Source: Thermoplasmata archaeon
GTDB lineage: Archaea; Thermoplasmatota; Thermoplasmata; GCA-020350865
Reading direction: 5' to 3'
Assembly: GCA_020348445.1 (NCBI GenBank)
Contig: CP070751.1
Location: 375,772-439,771, forward strand
Length of the DNA: 64,000 bases
Each line of letters starts with the position of its first letter. Within the stretch, counting starts at the first letter, position 1. A program made the translations under genes and the position numbers. Under the pieces are notes generated by a model. It saw nothing but the letters and a program-made list of their open reading frames with translations. It searched no databases and had not been told where the DNA came from. Positions 30,501 to 40,700 of the stretch are shown here, in pieces.

Positions 30501-31976
30501 GTTTTCGAATTCGACCCCTTAACCGATACTTGGATATTAAAATCACCCATACCTGTCCCCATGGAGGCTTTTGGTATCGCTACCGTGAAAGACCGAATAT
30601 ATATAATTGGCGGCATTAGCACCTTGCTCTCTGGGACTCCCTGCGATAATGTTTTCGAGTACGATCCTGCCAATGACAGCTGGATTGCGAAACCAGATAT
30701 GCCATTTATAAGAGCACACCATGCATGTGCCGTCCTTGAAGATAAGATCTACGCAATTGGAGGAGATATGTATGGATCAACTGATGCAGTCGAAATGTAC
30801 GACCCAGTTTTAGAAACGTGGACAAGTAAAGCCAGTATGAACAACGCTCGTTCGGGTCTGTCTGCCGAGGCCCTGCAAGGAAAAATATACGCTTTTGGCG
30901 GAACCGGAAAATGGGGTTTGGCCGCGAATGTGAACGAGATGTACGATCCGGCAACAGACAACTGGACCTTAAAACCCTCAATGTTGGAATCGAGGGTGTA
31001 CTTTGGTTCTGGAGTTGTGGGGAATTGCATATATGCCATGGGAGGAAGTTACGGCCCCCTTATTGTCGATGTTCCAAACAGCACCGAGGAATACTGTGTA
31101 GGGGATGGGCTTGTATATGAATGGGACTTTGATGCCTCTGTGGACTCTGACGGAGATGGAGATAATATCAATGATAAAGATGCAACAGGCCCAAATCCAA
31201 CACATGTATATGGAGATGATGGGAAATATATAGTAACCCTGAAGGTAACAGATCATCAGAATCTATCAGATACGGACATCTGTAATATAACTGTAAAAAA
31301 TGTTGATCCAAATGTCTATATAAAATCAGCAATCATGGAAGTTGAAATCGGCCTTAGAGTTGCAGGTAGAAAGTATAACAATGTCAGTATGGCATTATAT
31401 GAGGAAGGCAACCAGATTGGGTATGTCTCAATAGAACGCCTACCAGGCTCACCTGACGAGCAGATGGCCTGGATTCCTTGCATCCTGGACAAGACAAAAT
31501 CCTATTCTGCAACTGTGACTTACGAACCCGAGGATCCACCGAATGTAGGAGGGAATCCGGTTTGGATTTACATCAAGTTTAAGAATGGGAGCATCAGGAG
31601 AATACACCATACATTCAACGTCCAGCAATCCAAGAAACGAGACAGCGACCACTGGAATCATGTCGAACCTTGGGAAGTGGATTTGAATGGTCATCTAATT
31701 GGATGTCCATTTGAGGTTACTTCTCATATCACTGATCCAGGAAGTGACGATGAAATCCTTTCTTTTACCTATGGGTCTCAGATAAAGACAGTTACTTACC
31801 TTAACAATCCCCCGAATCCAGACCCTTTTCCTTCACCAGAAATAAATCCGATGGACATAACGGACACTACAACTCTGATTTATGAGGGGCCAGGAACCTT
31901 AATTTTAACTGTGAAGGACGATGACAATCTCAGGCTTGGACTGGGTCAGGGTATGGATTCTATCGGTTTGGTATAA
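27555..31976 (+). CDS. Secreted protein: two PQQ-like beta-propellers, Ig-like spacer, PKD domain with inserted Kelch propeller, shared C-terminal module B
   Basis: About sixteen 40-aa SSPAIGxDGTIYVGSxDxxLYAINPDGTEKW repeats; six Kelch repeats (KIYAIGG...YDP); PPVADAGPDQ...YEWDF PKD. Confidence 0.88.
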   Translation: MRRKISSIFISAVLVMNILGVIAQNVGESSLSLNGNLTGEDTAPTPENVDDPSPFSGGTGGLADSPWPMFRGNVRHTGLSPYDTSANNGKLKWSYKASADIYSSPAIGTDGTIYVGSVDNNLYAINPNGTEKWIFTTNGEVMSSPAIASDGTIYVGSWDKKLYAINPDGTEKWNFTARGYIESSPAIGSDGTIYFGSGHMDDRLYALNPDGTLKWDFYTYVTITSSPAIGPDGTIYVGSFNRRLHAINPDGSEKWNYATYNYIQSSPAIGSDGMIYFGSRDDKIYALNPNGTQKWSYKTGNDITSSPAIDPNGTIYVGSYDGKLYAINPNGTEKWSFTTRDDIRRSSPAIGSDGTIFIGSLDNNLYAINSDGTEKWNFTTGHVFDSSPAIGSDGTIYVGSADDNLYAIGPPLPNLEVNVTSHFSELNSAAQSAITVHVTDGTNPVQGATVTLSSDNGGMFSPLSGITDSNGNFKSIFNAPTITIQTICRITAQATKSGYESASDYVDITLNPIPWPMFRHHLNHTGVSPYDTSENPGKLKWNFSTGAGIKSSPAIGFDGTIYVGSYDKNLYAIYPNGTEKWNFKTGSRISSSPIIGSDGTIYIGSEDKNVYAINPDGTEKWNYTTGMKIVDLSATIGSDGTIYIGSFDNKLHAINSDGTPKWSYATEENIHSKPAIGTDGTIYLTSIDNNLYAINQGSTEKWSFKTHSYIYSSPTIGTDGTIYVGSADRKFYAINPNGTEKWNFETGGMVYSTAAIDADGTLYVGSHDNKLYAINPDGTEKWNFTTGDGIWLSSPAISSEGTIYIGSYDNKLYAINSDGTERWSFTTGDDVWSSPAIGSDGTIYIGSHDGNLYAIGKPQIQPPVADAGPDQTVNEGDIVQFDGSGSYDPDGEPGAWIFKADNPSPTWGCAAATLNGEIYYMGGIPCYPIVNPSSVFMKYNPATDSWFSLPDLPAPRAYLGATAANNKIYAIGGSDGANSTDSVFEFDPLTDTWILKSPIPVPMEAFGIATVKDRIYIIGGISTLLSGTPCDNVFEYDPANDSWIAKPDMPFIRAHHACAVLEDKIYAIGGDMYGSTDAVEMYDPVLETWTSKASMNNARSGLSAEALQGKIYAFGGTGKWGLAANVNEMYDPATDNWTLKPSMLESRVYFGSGVVGNCIYAMGGSYGPLIVDVPNSTEEYCVGDGLVYEWDFDASVDSDGDGDNINDKDATGPNPTHVYGDDGKYIVTLKVTDHQNLSDTDICNITVKNVDPNVYIKSAIMEVEIGLRVAGRKYNNVSMALYEEGNQIGYVSIERLPGSPDEQMAWIPCILDKTKSYSATVTYEPEDPPNVGGNPVWIYIKFKNGSIRRIHHTFNVQQSKKRDSDHWNHVEPWEVDLNGHLIGCPFEVTSHITDPGSDDEILSFTYGSQIKTVTYLNNPPNPDPFPSPEINPMDITDTTTLIYEGPGTLILTVKDDDNLRLGLGQGMDSIGLV

Positions 31977-32227
31977 AACCCATATTAAAGATGGTGATGG
32001 AGAATCCATATTTAACATGTCCATTTTCACACCAAAGATGGTCCAAAACGCTTTAATATAATAATATATTAACGTAAATTATATATAACCGATATATCAA
32101 TTATGTACTGGCCTTACCTGGGAGGGAGAGCCAGAATATGGTGTTATTAAAAGTGGGCGATTGTACATGAATCCAGTGAGTTTACACAGTAATGACCATG
32201 ACTTTTTCGAGGAGGGGGAATTGGCGA

Positions 32228-35200
32228 ATGACAAGTAGTGAATACAGTGCCAAACTGAAGAAGATATGCTCTGTCATTATAGTTACCAATTTGTTTTTGA
32301 CTTTGTTTGTAACAATTGGATTGTGGAATTCACCCAATGTAAGGGCAGATTCCTTAAGCCACACAGTTGGGAACCTCGATATCATCGGCATGACAGATTA
32401 CGGAAGAATCGGAACACGATCGATATTATGGAATAATATTGAGCAGACTGCCGCTGTCTCAACTGATAGACCTTATCACGGTCTAGTGCTTGACCACAGT
32501 CTCTACGATCACAGTGGTGGAGACTATGGGATAGCTGATTGGTGGGATTCATACCAGAATCCAATTTATCCCGATTTTAGGTCATTAGATGCCGATCAAA
32601 GCATCATATTCGAGGAAAACTCCCCCAGTCTTCAAAAGAGCATATGCTCGTTCACCCAGGTGGATGCAAATGGAGAAATCGGAGTTGGATATGACGTTCG
32701 CGTTCATCAGACAGTTTGGACCCTTGAGAACAAGAATTGGGCCATTGTTGAATGGGAAATAGAGAATCTCATGGGTTCAGACCTCACCCAGGTCCATGTG
32801 GGTATGGAGGTATTTTCTTCGGCTTCTGGTGGGTCAAATTGGTTTGGTGTGGCCGGAGATGAGGCCGATGATCTAGACTACTGGGATGACACAAACAAGG
32901 TATATTATCTACAGGATAACTTCCTGACCACAATTGGCTATTGCTCGGCAGATATTTCAAATCCATTGGATCATTACTATGGCGATGAGACCAACTTTTT
33001 TAACGAAGATAAGAGCGCCTACACGGCATTGACATCGGCAGATACCCTTGCACAAAATGATCCTCAATTTAATTACGGAACAGATCCGATATATTCCCTG
33101 GTCAGTTGGAATAACAAGGTTATCCCAGCCTATCAAACTCTGGTCTTTCCCATGGTGATTGCCTGCGGTTATGATTCCTCATTCATGCTCAATGCCATAA
33201 ATGAGGCACGGGATTTTTGGGACTCCACAAGGTTGAAGATCACGGAAATTCAGGACTCACCTGATATCGATGAAAAAATAGAAATATACAACAGCGGAAG
33301 CAGAGATATAAACCTCGCAGGATATTATCTTTCACCGGATGGAGGAACAACAAAATGGTATCTGGATTCACTTGGTACGATACCAAGTGGTGGTTATGCC
33401 GTTTATACTCCTTTCGGAGGGGATGACCTTGACGATGAGGGAGATATTCTAACCCTCTTTACCGATGGTAACTTCTACCTGGATAGGATAGGTTACGGAA
33501 CCATGGGTACGACTCCCGACCCTCTTCTTGGCGAGTCAACAGCCAGACATTGGGAAGGTACAAAATACTCCAGGATTTGGAACAGAGAAACCACCCCCAC
33601 CTTCGGGTCTCAGAACACGGTTTTGGGCTCTGAGACAGATCCAAAGGTCGTGCTAAACGAGGTCTTGTTCAATCCAGGTACGTATGAGGCCTTCATAGAA
33701 TTGAAGTACATTGGATTGGGTGTGGATGTAAATCTCAATGGTTGGCAGGTGGTGATTGACGTACCTTATACAATTGGAGATATCACATTAAATCCCACGT
33801 ATCAGTATTATATAATCAATGAACCCATTGCTCCGGGACTGTTTGGCACCATTACTCCATCGGGGGATAATGTATACCTCTATGACGACACTGGAGTTTT
33901 GATGGACATGGTTGGATGGAGTTCGGCCCATCAACCAGACACAAGTGTGATGAGGGTGCCTGAAGGAGAGGGCACCTACGATGGATACGACGATCCCAGC
34001 TCCATTTCTGCTGGTTGGCAGTTTGATCAATACCCAACAATGGCATTGGTGAACATAGATCCTGATCAAGAAAAAGCTGGAGACCTTGGATCAATGATAA
34101 TATTTAATTTAACAATCACCAATGTAGGGCCAACAGCCGATGTTGTGGATGTTAATTATAGTTCACTGGTAGATGGCCTACCTGGTTGGTGGGAGATAGA
34201 GCTGTTTTATGGTGGCGGGGGCTGGATCCCGTTGGCTGATACAGATGGCGATGGCCTTTTAGATGTTGGTTCATTGGACCCGTTCTCCTCGATTATCATA
34301 GTGGTGAGGGTGACTGTGCCCTCAGAGTTGCCCATAGGCGGTGTATGCGTGATAACTTTGGATGTCACTTCATCGATAAATCCTTGGGCATTCGATACTG
34401 CGGTTCTACAAGCAGGAGCCTATCCACATATAGAAGCCTATAAATCTGTCAATTACGAGTATATGTATCTGTATGGTGGTAGGCTAGTGGGTTTCGTTCC
34501 CGACGAGGCTACACTGACCATAACCCTTGAAGGCAAAGGGGGAGTCCCTGGTGCCTTAATCTCACAGGATGTTATCTTTTGCATGGACAGCTCAAGCAGT
34601 ATGCTATCCAGTGATCCGAGCAGAGAACGAATAGCAGGAGCAAAATACTACGTGGACCTGTTATCATATCCTGCAAGGGCTGGTGTGGTGGACTTTGATG
34701 ACACCTCCAGATTGGTAATTGGTTTGACTGACGATTATGATGCAGTAAAAGCCGCCCTAAACTCCATAAATGATGATGGGATGACTGATATGAGTAGGGG
34801 ATTGATACTTTCAATCAATGAGCTGATCAATAATGGCAATTACAATTACAATCGAATCATAATACTACTTACTGATGGAAGCAATAATTACCCAATTCAG
34901 GACGATGCGACATTGGCGGAAGCTCAAAGGGCCGCAGATAATGGAATAATAATATACACCATCGGTTTGGGCGATAATGCTGATGAGGCTCTGCTTCAGC
35001 AGGTAGCCAGCATAACAGGTGGCAAATATTATTGGAGCCCAACTCCCGATAACCTGCAGGATATATTTGGAATCATTGCAGAGGAAACCATCAGCATTGC
35101 AGGTGAGGACCCTGATCCCGATGATCTGATTCCTTTACTCACTGACGTACTACCACCATACATCGACTATATTCCTGGAAGCTTCATAAACCCGTACACA

Positions 35201-37684
35201 GGGGAGCCGATGGAGCCAAGCAGGATCACCATCGATGGTTTTGGTAACACGATCCTGGAGTGGAATATTACCAAAATCGCCATTGGAGCCAAATGGGGAG
35301 TTTCCTTCAATATCACGGCAAGTGAAATTGGATTAAAAGAGACCAACTTATACGGAGTTTCTGCCATCAATTACGATCGATACACAGATGTGAACACCAC
35401 AGTACCAACAATTGACTTTCTTCCAAGAGTATGGATCAATGTGTTGCCCATTCCGCCGACACCACCAATTCTATACAACAATTTAACAGAAGACAAAGAG
35501 GATGTCTGGTTGAATTGGACAGAGCCTCTAACGTCCACACATCATTATTTGATATACAGGGCCGAGGACAAACAGGGTTTTGATTTTTCCACTCCCTGGA
35601 AAAACACATCAAATGATATAAACCCGATATCAGGTATTAAGGACCCATTGAACCGAAACTGGTTGGATGATAATGCAGCATTACCCACATCAGCTCCACA
35701 GTACTACTACTGTGTAAGAAGTGTGGAAGCCTCGGGTAACATCAGTACCACCAGCAATACAGTAGGCAAGTGGACCAAGGCTTTTTCTGAGGGTGTGGGC
35801 ACGTTTTCTCTGCCCCTTGAGCCATTTGAAATCAAAGAGGTTGACTGGTATTGCGATGACATTCCAAATGTGGAATATATTAAATGGGTGGATCCTGCAA
35901 CACAGACCTGGATAACCCATTACAAATCCGATGCCCTGGGTATAAATGATACCCAAGTGGTTGTGGGAGAAGGTTATGAGATAAAAGTGGATACACAGAC
36001 TTACTACACGTTCACGGGCAGGCCTGGTTGCTCCATAAGATATGACGAAGGATGTCTACCTGCTCCAACTGGTTTTTCCTTGAGCTTGGGACCCATGGCC
36101 AATACCATGCGCTCCTCAAATTTTGGTTCACGTTCAACTTGGTCCATGTGTGTTGCACTAGGTGATGTGGATTCAGATGGCAACCTCGATGCTGTTGTGG
36201 GGAATTTCTTTGAGCAGAATGTCGTGTATCTAGGAGATGGTAACGGCAAGTTCAGTGCATTTTCTTACTTTGGTGAAGCATTTGAGGCAACGGCCAGTAT
36301 TGCCCTGGGGGATGTGGATTCAGACAACGACCTTGACATAGTAACTGGAAACCAGTACATGGGATATGGCGGTCAGAATGTTGTTTTCCTAGGTGATGGT
36401 GACGGAACCTTTGACACAACTTCCTATAATTTCGGAACAGGATCGGACTCCACAGGAAGCATCGCCCTTGGCTATATCGATTCCGACAGCAATCTGGACA
36501 TCGTTTGCGGGAACCAGTTCAATGGTGTCGACTGCCAGAATGTGGTTTACCTGGGAGATGGAGACGGCACTTTTGATACGACATCATATAATTTCGGTTC
36601 AGGCTTTGATTTCACCACCTGTGTAGCCCTCGGATACGTGGATTCTGATGCGATCCTCGATATCGTGGTTGGAAATTATGCAGAACAGAACGTGGTCTAT
36701 ATCGGGGACGGCGACGGCAGTTTCGATACCACATCATATAATTTCGGGATAGGAGATGATCCCACGTCCAGCATTGCCCTTGGATATGTGAATTCAGATT
36801 CTTATCTTGATATAGCTGTGGGAAACAGATATGATGGTGTGAATGGACAGAATGTCGTATACCTGGGTGACGGGGACGGCACCTTCGACACCACATCCCA
36901 TAATTTTGGAAATGGCACAGATATAACTTCAAGCGTTGCCCTGGGCGATATGAACCAAGACGACATCCTTGATATCTTTGTTGGAAACGAGTACGATTGG
37001 ATTGATGATGGACAGAATTTTGTTTATTTTGGAAATGGCGACGGTACAGTAGACACCTATTTCGAATTCGGCACTGGAATAGATAACACAATGGATTTGG
37101 CTGTGGACGATATCAACAACGATGACAGGCTTGACATAGTCTGCGCAGACAGTAATGATGCAAATGCAGTTTATTACACTACAATCTCTTACACTGTCAA
37201 TCTAAGCTGGGATCCTGTTTCCTCCCCGGCCTTTGACAGGTATGTGATATACAGGGCAGGAACCAGGGACGGCCTGAATATCATTTCCCTACCCGTTCTT
37301 GCTACAACCACGAGTACCCGATTTTCCGACCTGGTGGATCTATGTGACGGGACCGAATTTTATTACATGGTTGCCGCCCTTAAATCAAGCGAGATAGTGG
37401 GTTACAACTCAACCTACAGCATTGGAATATGGTTTTGCGAATTTTCCAAGGGATATGAATCCCTAGGATTGCCCCTGGAGCCATTGGTAGTAAAAAATGT
37501 GGACTCATACTGTGATGACATACCAAACATGGTTGGTATGAACTACTATCTTTACAGTGAGTCGCGATGGGGATGGCATTCAACGAGAATGCCCAAGGGA
37601 GCATATGATCCTTTTGTGGTCATGTCAGAGGGTTATCAGCTCTCCACAGAAGATGATGCCAGGTTCGCTTTTATTGGGATATAG
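32228..37684 (+). CDS. Large secreted protein: lamin-tail-like domains, VWA, FN3-like domains, FG-GAP propeller, two GxxxxxLP C-terminal-type modules
   Basis: KITEIQ...IEIYN and VVLNEV...IELK domains; VWA DVIFCMDSSSS with intact DxSxS; seven ALGDVDSDxxLDIVxGN repeats; ATG 32228 after GAGGAGGGG (track start 32192). Confidence 0.85.
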   Translation: MTSSEYSAKLKKICSVIIVTNLFLTLFVTIGLWNSPNVRADSLSHTVGNLDIIGMTDYGRIGTRSILWNNIEQTAAVSTDRPYHGLVLDHSLYDHSGGDYGIADWWDSYQNPIYPDFRSLDADQSIIFEENSPSLQKSICSFTQVDANGEIGVGYDVRVHQTVWTLENKNWAIVEWEIENLMGSDLTQVHVGMEVFSSASGGSNWFGVAGDEADDLDYWDDTNKVYYLQDNFLTTIGYCSADISNPLDHYYGDETNFFNEDKSAYTALTSADTLAQNDPQFNYGTDPIYSLVSWNNKVIPAYQTLVFPMVIACGYDSSFMLNAINEARDFWDSTRLKITEIQDSPDIDEKIEIYNSGSRDINLAGYYLSPDGGTTKWYLDSLGTIPSGGYAVYTPFGGDDLDDEGDILTLFTDGNFYLDRIGYGTMGTTPDPLLGESTARHWEGTKYSRIWNRETTPTFGSQNTVLGSETDPKVVLNEVLFNPGTYEAFIELKYIGLGVDVNLNGWQVVIDVPYTIGDITLNPTYQYYIINEPIAPGLFGTITPSGDNVYLYDDTGVLMDMVGWSSAHQPDTSVMRVPEGEGTYDGYDDPSSISAGWQFDQYPTMALVNIDPDQEKAGDLGSMIIFNLTITNVGPTADVVDVNYSSLVDGLPGWWEIELFYGGGGWIPLADTDGDGLLDVGSLDPFSSIIIVVRVTVPSELPIGGVCVITLDVTSSINPWAFDTAVLQAGAYPHIEAYKSVNYEYMYLYGGRLVGFVPDEATLTITLEGKGGVPGALISQDVIFCMDSSSSMLSSDPSRERIAGAKYYVDLLSYPARAGVVDFDDTSRLVIGLTDDYDAVKAALNSINDDGMTDMSRGLILSINELINNGNYNYNRIIILLTDGSNNYPIQDDATLAEAQRAADNGIIIYTIGLGDNADEALLQQVASITGGKYYWSPTPDNLQDIFGIIAEETISIAGEDPDPDDLIPLLTDVLPPYIDYIPGSFINPYTGEPMEPSRITIDGFGNTILEWNITKIAIGAKWGVSFNITASEIGLKETNLYGVSAINYDRYTDVNTTVPTIDFLPRVWINVLPIPPTPPILYNNLTEDKEDVWLNWTEPLTSTHHYLIYRAEDKQGFDFSTPWKNTSNDINPISGIKDPLNRNWLDDNAALPTSAPQYYYCVRSVEASGNISTTSNTVGKWTKAFSEGVGTFSLPLEPFEIKEVDWYCDDIPNVEYIKWVDPATQTWITHYKSDALGINDTQVVVGEGYEIKVDTQTYYTFTGRPGCSIRYDEGCLPAPTGFSLSLGPMANTMRSSNFGSRSTWSMCVALGDVDSDGNLDAVVGNFFEQNVVYLGDGNGKFSAFSYFGEAFEATASIALGDVDSDNDLDIVTGNQYMGYGGQNVVFLGDGDGTFDTTSYNFGTGSDSTGSIALGYIDSDSNLDIVCGNQFNGVDCQNVVYLGDGDGTFDTTSYNFGSGFDFTTCVALGYVDSDAILDIVVGNYAEQNVVYIGDGDGSFDTTSYNFGIGDDPTSSIALGYVNSDSYLDIAVGNRYDGVNGQNVVYLGDGDGTFDTTSHNFGNGTDITSSVALGDMNQDDILDIFVGNEYDWIDDGQNFVYFGNGDGTVDTYFEFGTGIDNTMDLAVDDINNDDRLDIVCADSNDANAVYYTTISYTVNLSWDPVSSPAFDRYVIYRAGTRDGLNIISLPVLATTTSTRFSDLVDLCDGTEFYYMVAALKSSEIVGYNSTYSIGIWFCEFSKGYESLGLPLEPLVVKNVDSYCDDIPNMVGMNYYLYSESRWGWHSTRMPKGAYDPFVVMSEGYQLSTEDDARFAFIGI

Positions 37685-37753
37685 AAGTGATGTACGGTAT
37701 AATAGGTATCGGCATCTCTTTTGAACACTTATTATTAAAATATATCCTAATTT

Positions 37754-40700
37754 CTATTCAGGTGGGGGTGGAGGAGGTGGTGGTAAATCATTCTTTTTTC
37801 CTTCTTCTGGTTGATCAGATTCAGGAGTTTCAGGTGTCTCAGAAGGCTCAGGGGTATCCTCAGATGGCCCCTCGGGTAATCCCTCCTCAGAGGGTGTTGG
37901 AGTTGTGGCCGGAGGCTCAGAAGGTTCATCTGGCTCCTTTGATATTTCAGAGGATGGTTCTTCATCTATTTCTGGGGAAGGGGGCTCCTCCGAGGGGATT
38001 TCTTTTTCAGGCTCCAATTCAGTTTTTTCTTCCTCTGGCAGTTCTTTAATTGTTTTCATCTTTGTGATAGTGAGCAATAAAAATATTATAATAATGAGGA
38101 GAATAATGATTATCAAAAGCAGAATCGGTATTAACAGATCAGGCTCCTCTGTTTCTTCTTTTTCAGTAACATCCGGGTCTAGAGGATCCAGGTCTATCAC
38201 ATCCGGGATTCCATCACCATCATCATCTGTATCTTTATTGTCTCCTATGCTGTCACCATCTGTATCTTTGCTTTCCTCTGGATCAAATGGGAAATCATCC
38301 TCGGTATCTAAAACGCCATCATTGTCGTCATCTGTATCTGCATTGTCGCCTATACCATCATCATCCGAATCCTTGGTCTCATTTGGATCTTTGGGAAAAT
38401 CATCCTCGGTATCTAAAACGCCATCATTATCGTCATCAGTATCGAATTCATCGAATTCGCCGTCTCCATCAGTGTCCTCTAAAATCGTGATTGTGATTAC
38501 ATCAGTTGCCGTGTCACCCTCGTCGTCTGTGACCGTCACAGTTACAGTGTATGAGCCGGGATCGTCATAGGTGTGCGTCGGAGATGGTTCAGAAGAGGTG
38601 TCACCGTCGCCGAAGTCCCATAACCACACCAAATCATTGGGAGGAGTCTCGTAGTCGGTACCATCCGCTAGGAAAGTTATACTAAAGGAATCCTGCGTGC
38701 CACCTTGTGTTAGAATAGTCACCTCGGGATCCTTATTCTTCAATTCAAAAACATTATTTTTTACCTTCCAATCGCTCCAATCAACACCATCAGAAAACCG
38801 CACCTGGAAATCGTAATCACCAATACCCATTTCCGTAATTGGAGCGAAAGTGATTTGCCATTCCTCGTTTATATATTTTAGACCTTTAAGAATGCTGCTA
38901 TTGCTTAGCCAATCTCCTGTTTGTCCTCTGTATTGAAACTCCACTGTAAAGTGGGATTCTGTACTGGGGGCAAAATCCACATCCTGGCCATTGGCCGTGA
39001 TTGTTATCTCCTCCCCGCGATACCCCTCCTCCTCAGAAACATCAAGGTCCGTTACCTCTGGTTTTACATTTAGAACTTTTAGTAAATTGTTAGCTGTTGT
39101 CCAATCACTTTCATCCTCTTCATCATCTTCGAACTTTATCCTAAAGGAGTAATTGCCCACAGTAAACGTTTTCAATTTGGGTGGCGTAAATTCGATTTTC
39201 CATTTACCTCCTGAGTAGTAGATATCAAAGTAAGAATCATCGGTATCCCAACCTGTACCATCGTTCCACTCGAGGATTGTTTCCAGATCACGCTCATGGG
39301 TTTCCACATCATATCCGTTCGCTATTAACAGTATGGTTCCTCCTCTCTTAACTGTGTCAATGTTCTCATCTTCCAATTCCAGGGCAATGGCTGATGGAGG
39401 ATTGTTCAGGACATCCACTTTATTGTCGTTACCTGGCCAGGCCGTTGTCCAGGCTCCACCATCGCTGTAACCACCTGCGCTGTTTTTTACCTTAACACGG
39501 AAGGCGTATTCACCATCTTTTTCAGTTTCTGTGGGTGTAAATTCAATTATCCAATAACCTGTATCATCGTATAGATTGGAGTTTGTATCCGCGTAATAAA
39601 TGCTTATAAGATTAGAATCTTTAAACTTGGTCCAAGCAGTCTGACCTGGTTTTAAAAACTCGCCTTCCACCGTCATATTGGGCTCGTATTCCAGTTGATC
39701 TATTGTATTGAGTACTATATATAGAGACTGGGTTCTGTATATCTGCTGTGAATCAAAGAGTATGCTTTGAATCTCAGGCTCTGGCACCTGTACCTCAACG
39801 GCCCGGGCTATGGCAATCCACGAGGGACCGACACTCTCTTCACCATCTGCATCCTCCACCTTTGCCCTGAAATCGTAGCGCCCCAGTTGCATGTCGATCC
39901 CAGGTTCGAATTTGATACGCCATCTTCCGCTCGGGGGAGTCCCGATATATTCCTTAGTAGTTACGTAACCGACTGACCATCCCTGCGGGGTGCTTTCGTT
40001 GTACTGCCATTGCACAGTAACTGTCAGTTGGTTTTCAGAAGTCTCGTAGTCACTTGCGTTCAAATAGATGTATATGAACTCCACTCCTTTTTTCACAGTT
40101 GATGCCGAGACGCCGATATCTTCCAGTTGCGGCGCGTTGTTCTGAACCTCAACCAACGCGGTTTCAATGTGTTCGTCGTACCCGCCATCACTGTCCGTGA
40201 TTCTCACCTTGAACTTGTACCAGCCCAAAGGTGCATTCTCATCAGGATTGAAGCTGGCGTAAAAGATGCCGTTGGATTCTTCTACTGTCCCGATATATGT
40301 TTGCTCCCAGACGGTGCCTCCACTGGAGGTGTTGTAATAGAACTCCACGCCACTTTTATTTAAAATGCTCTCTTCCAAATCGGTGCCATTGGCAAAGAGC
40401 CAAATCGAATCACCCCTGATTACCTCGACTTCGCCGGTTTTTAGGTCAATGACATTGGGGTGATTGTTGAGTAGATCAACCAGGTTATCCTGCTGGTACC
40501 AATCGCCCCAGTCCAAGTCTGGATCCCTGAATCTTACCCTGAAATCCACAAGGCCGTGATGGGGATCGGGCCTTGCAGCCGGAGGCTCGAATTTGAATCT
40601 CCAATGGCTGTTCGTGGAATCCCAAACACTCTCTGTGATATAATTGCCAGACCATTGGCTGCTGTCGTTGAGCCTGTATTCACACTGTGCCTCCCATGTG

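Noticed and set aside
38295-38440. ~40-bp exact direct repeat 99 bp apart
   Set aside because: In-frame duplication of one 33-aa TSP3 unit, not a target-site duplication
37905-38570. 221-aa Ser-rich + strand ORF
   Set aside because: Shadow of the acidic repeats and tail of 37754-43174
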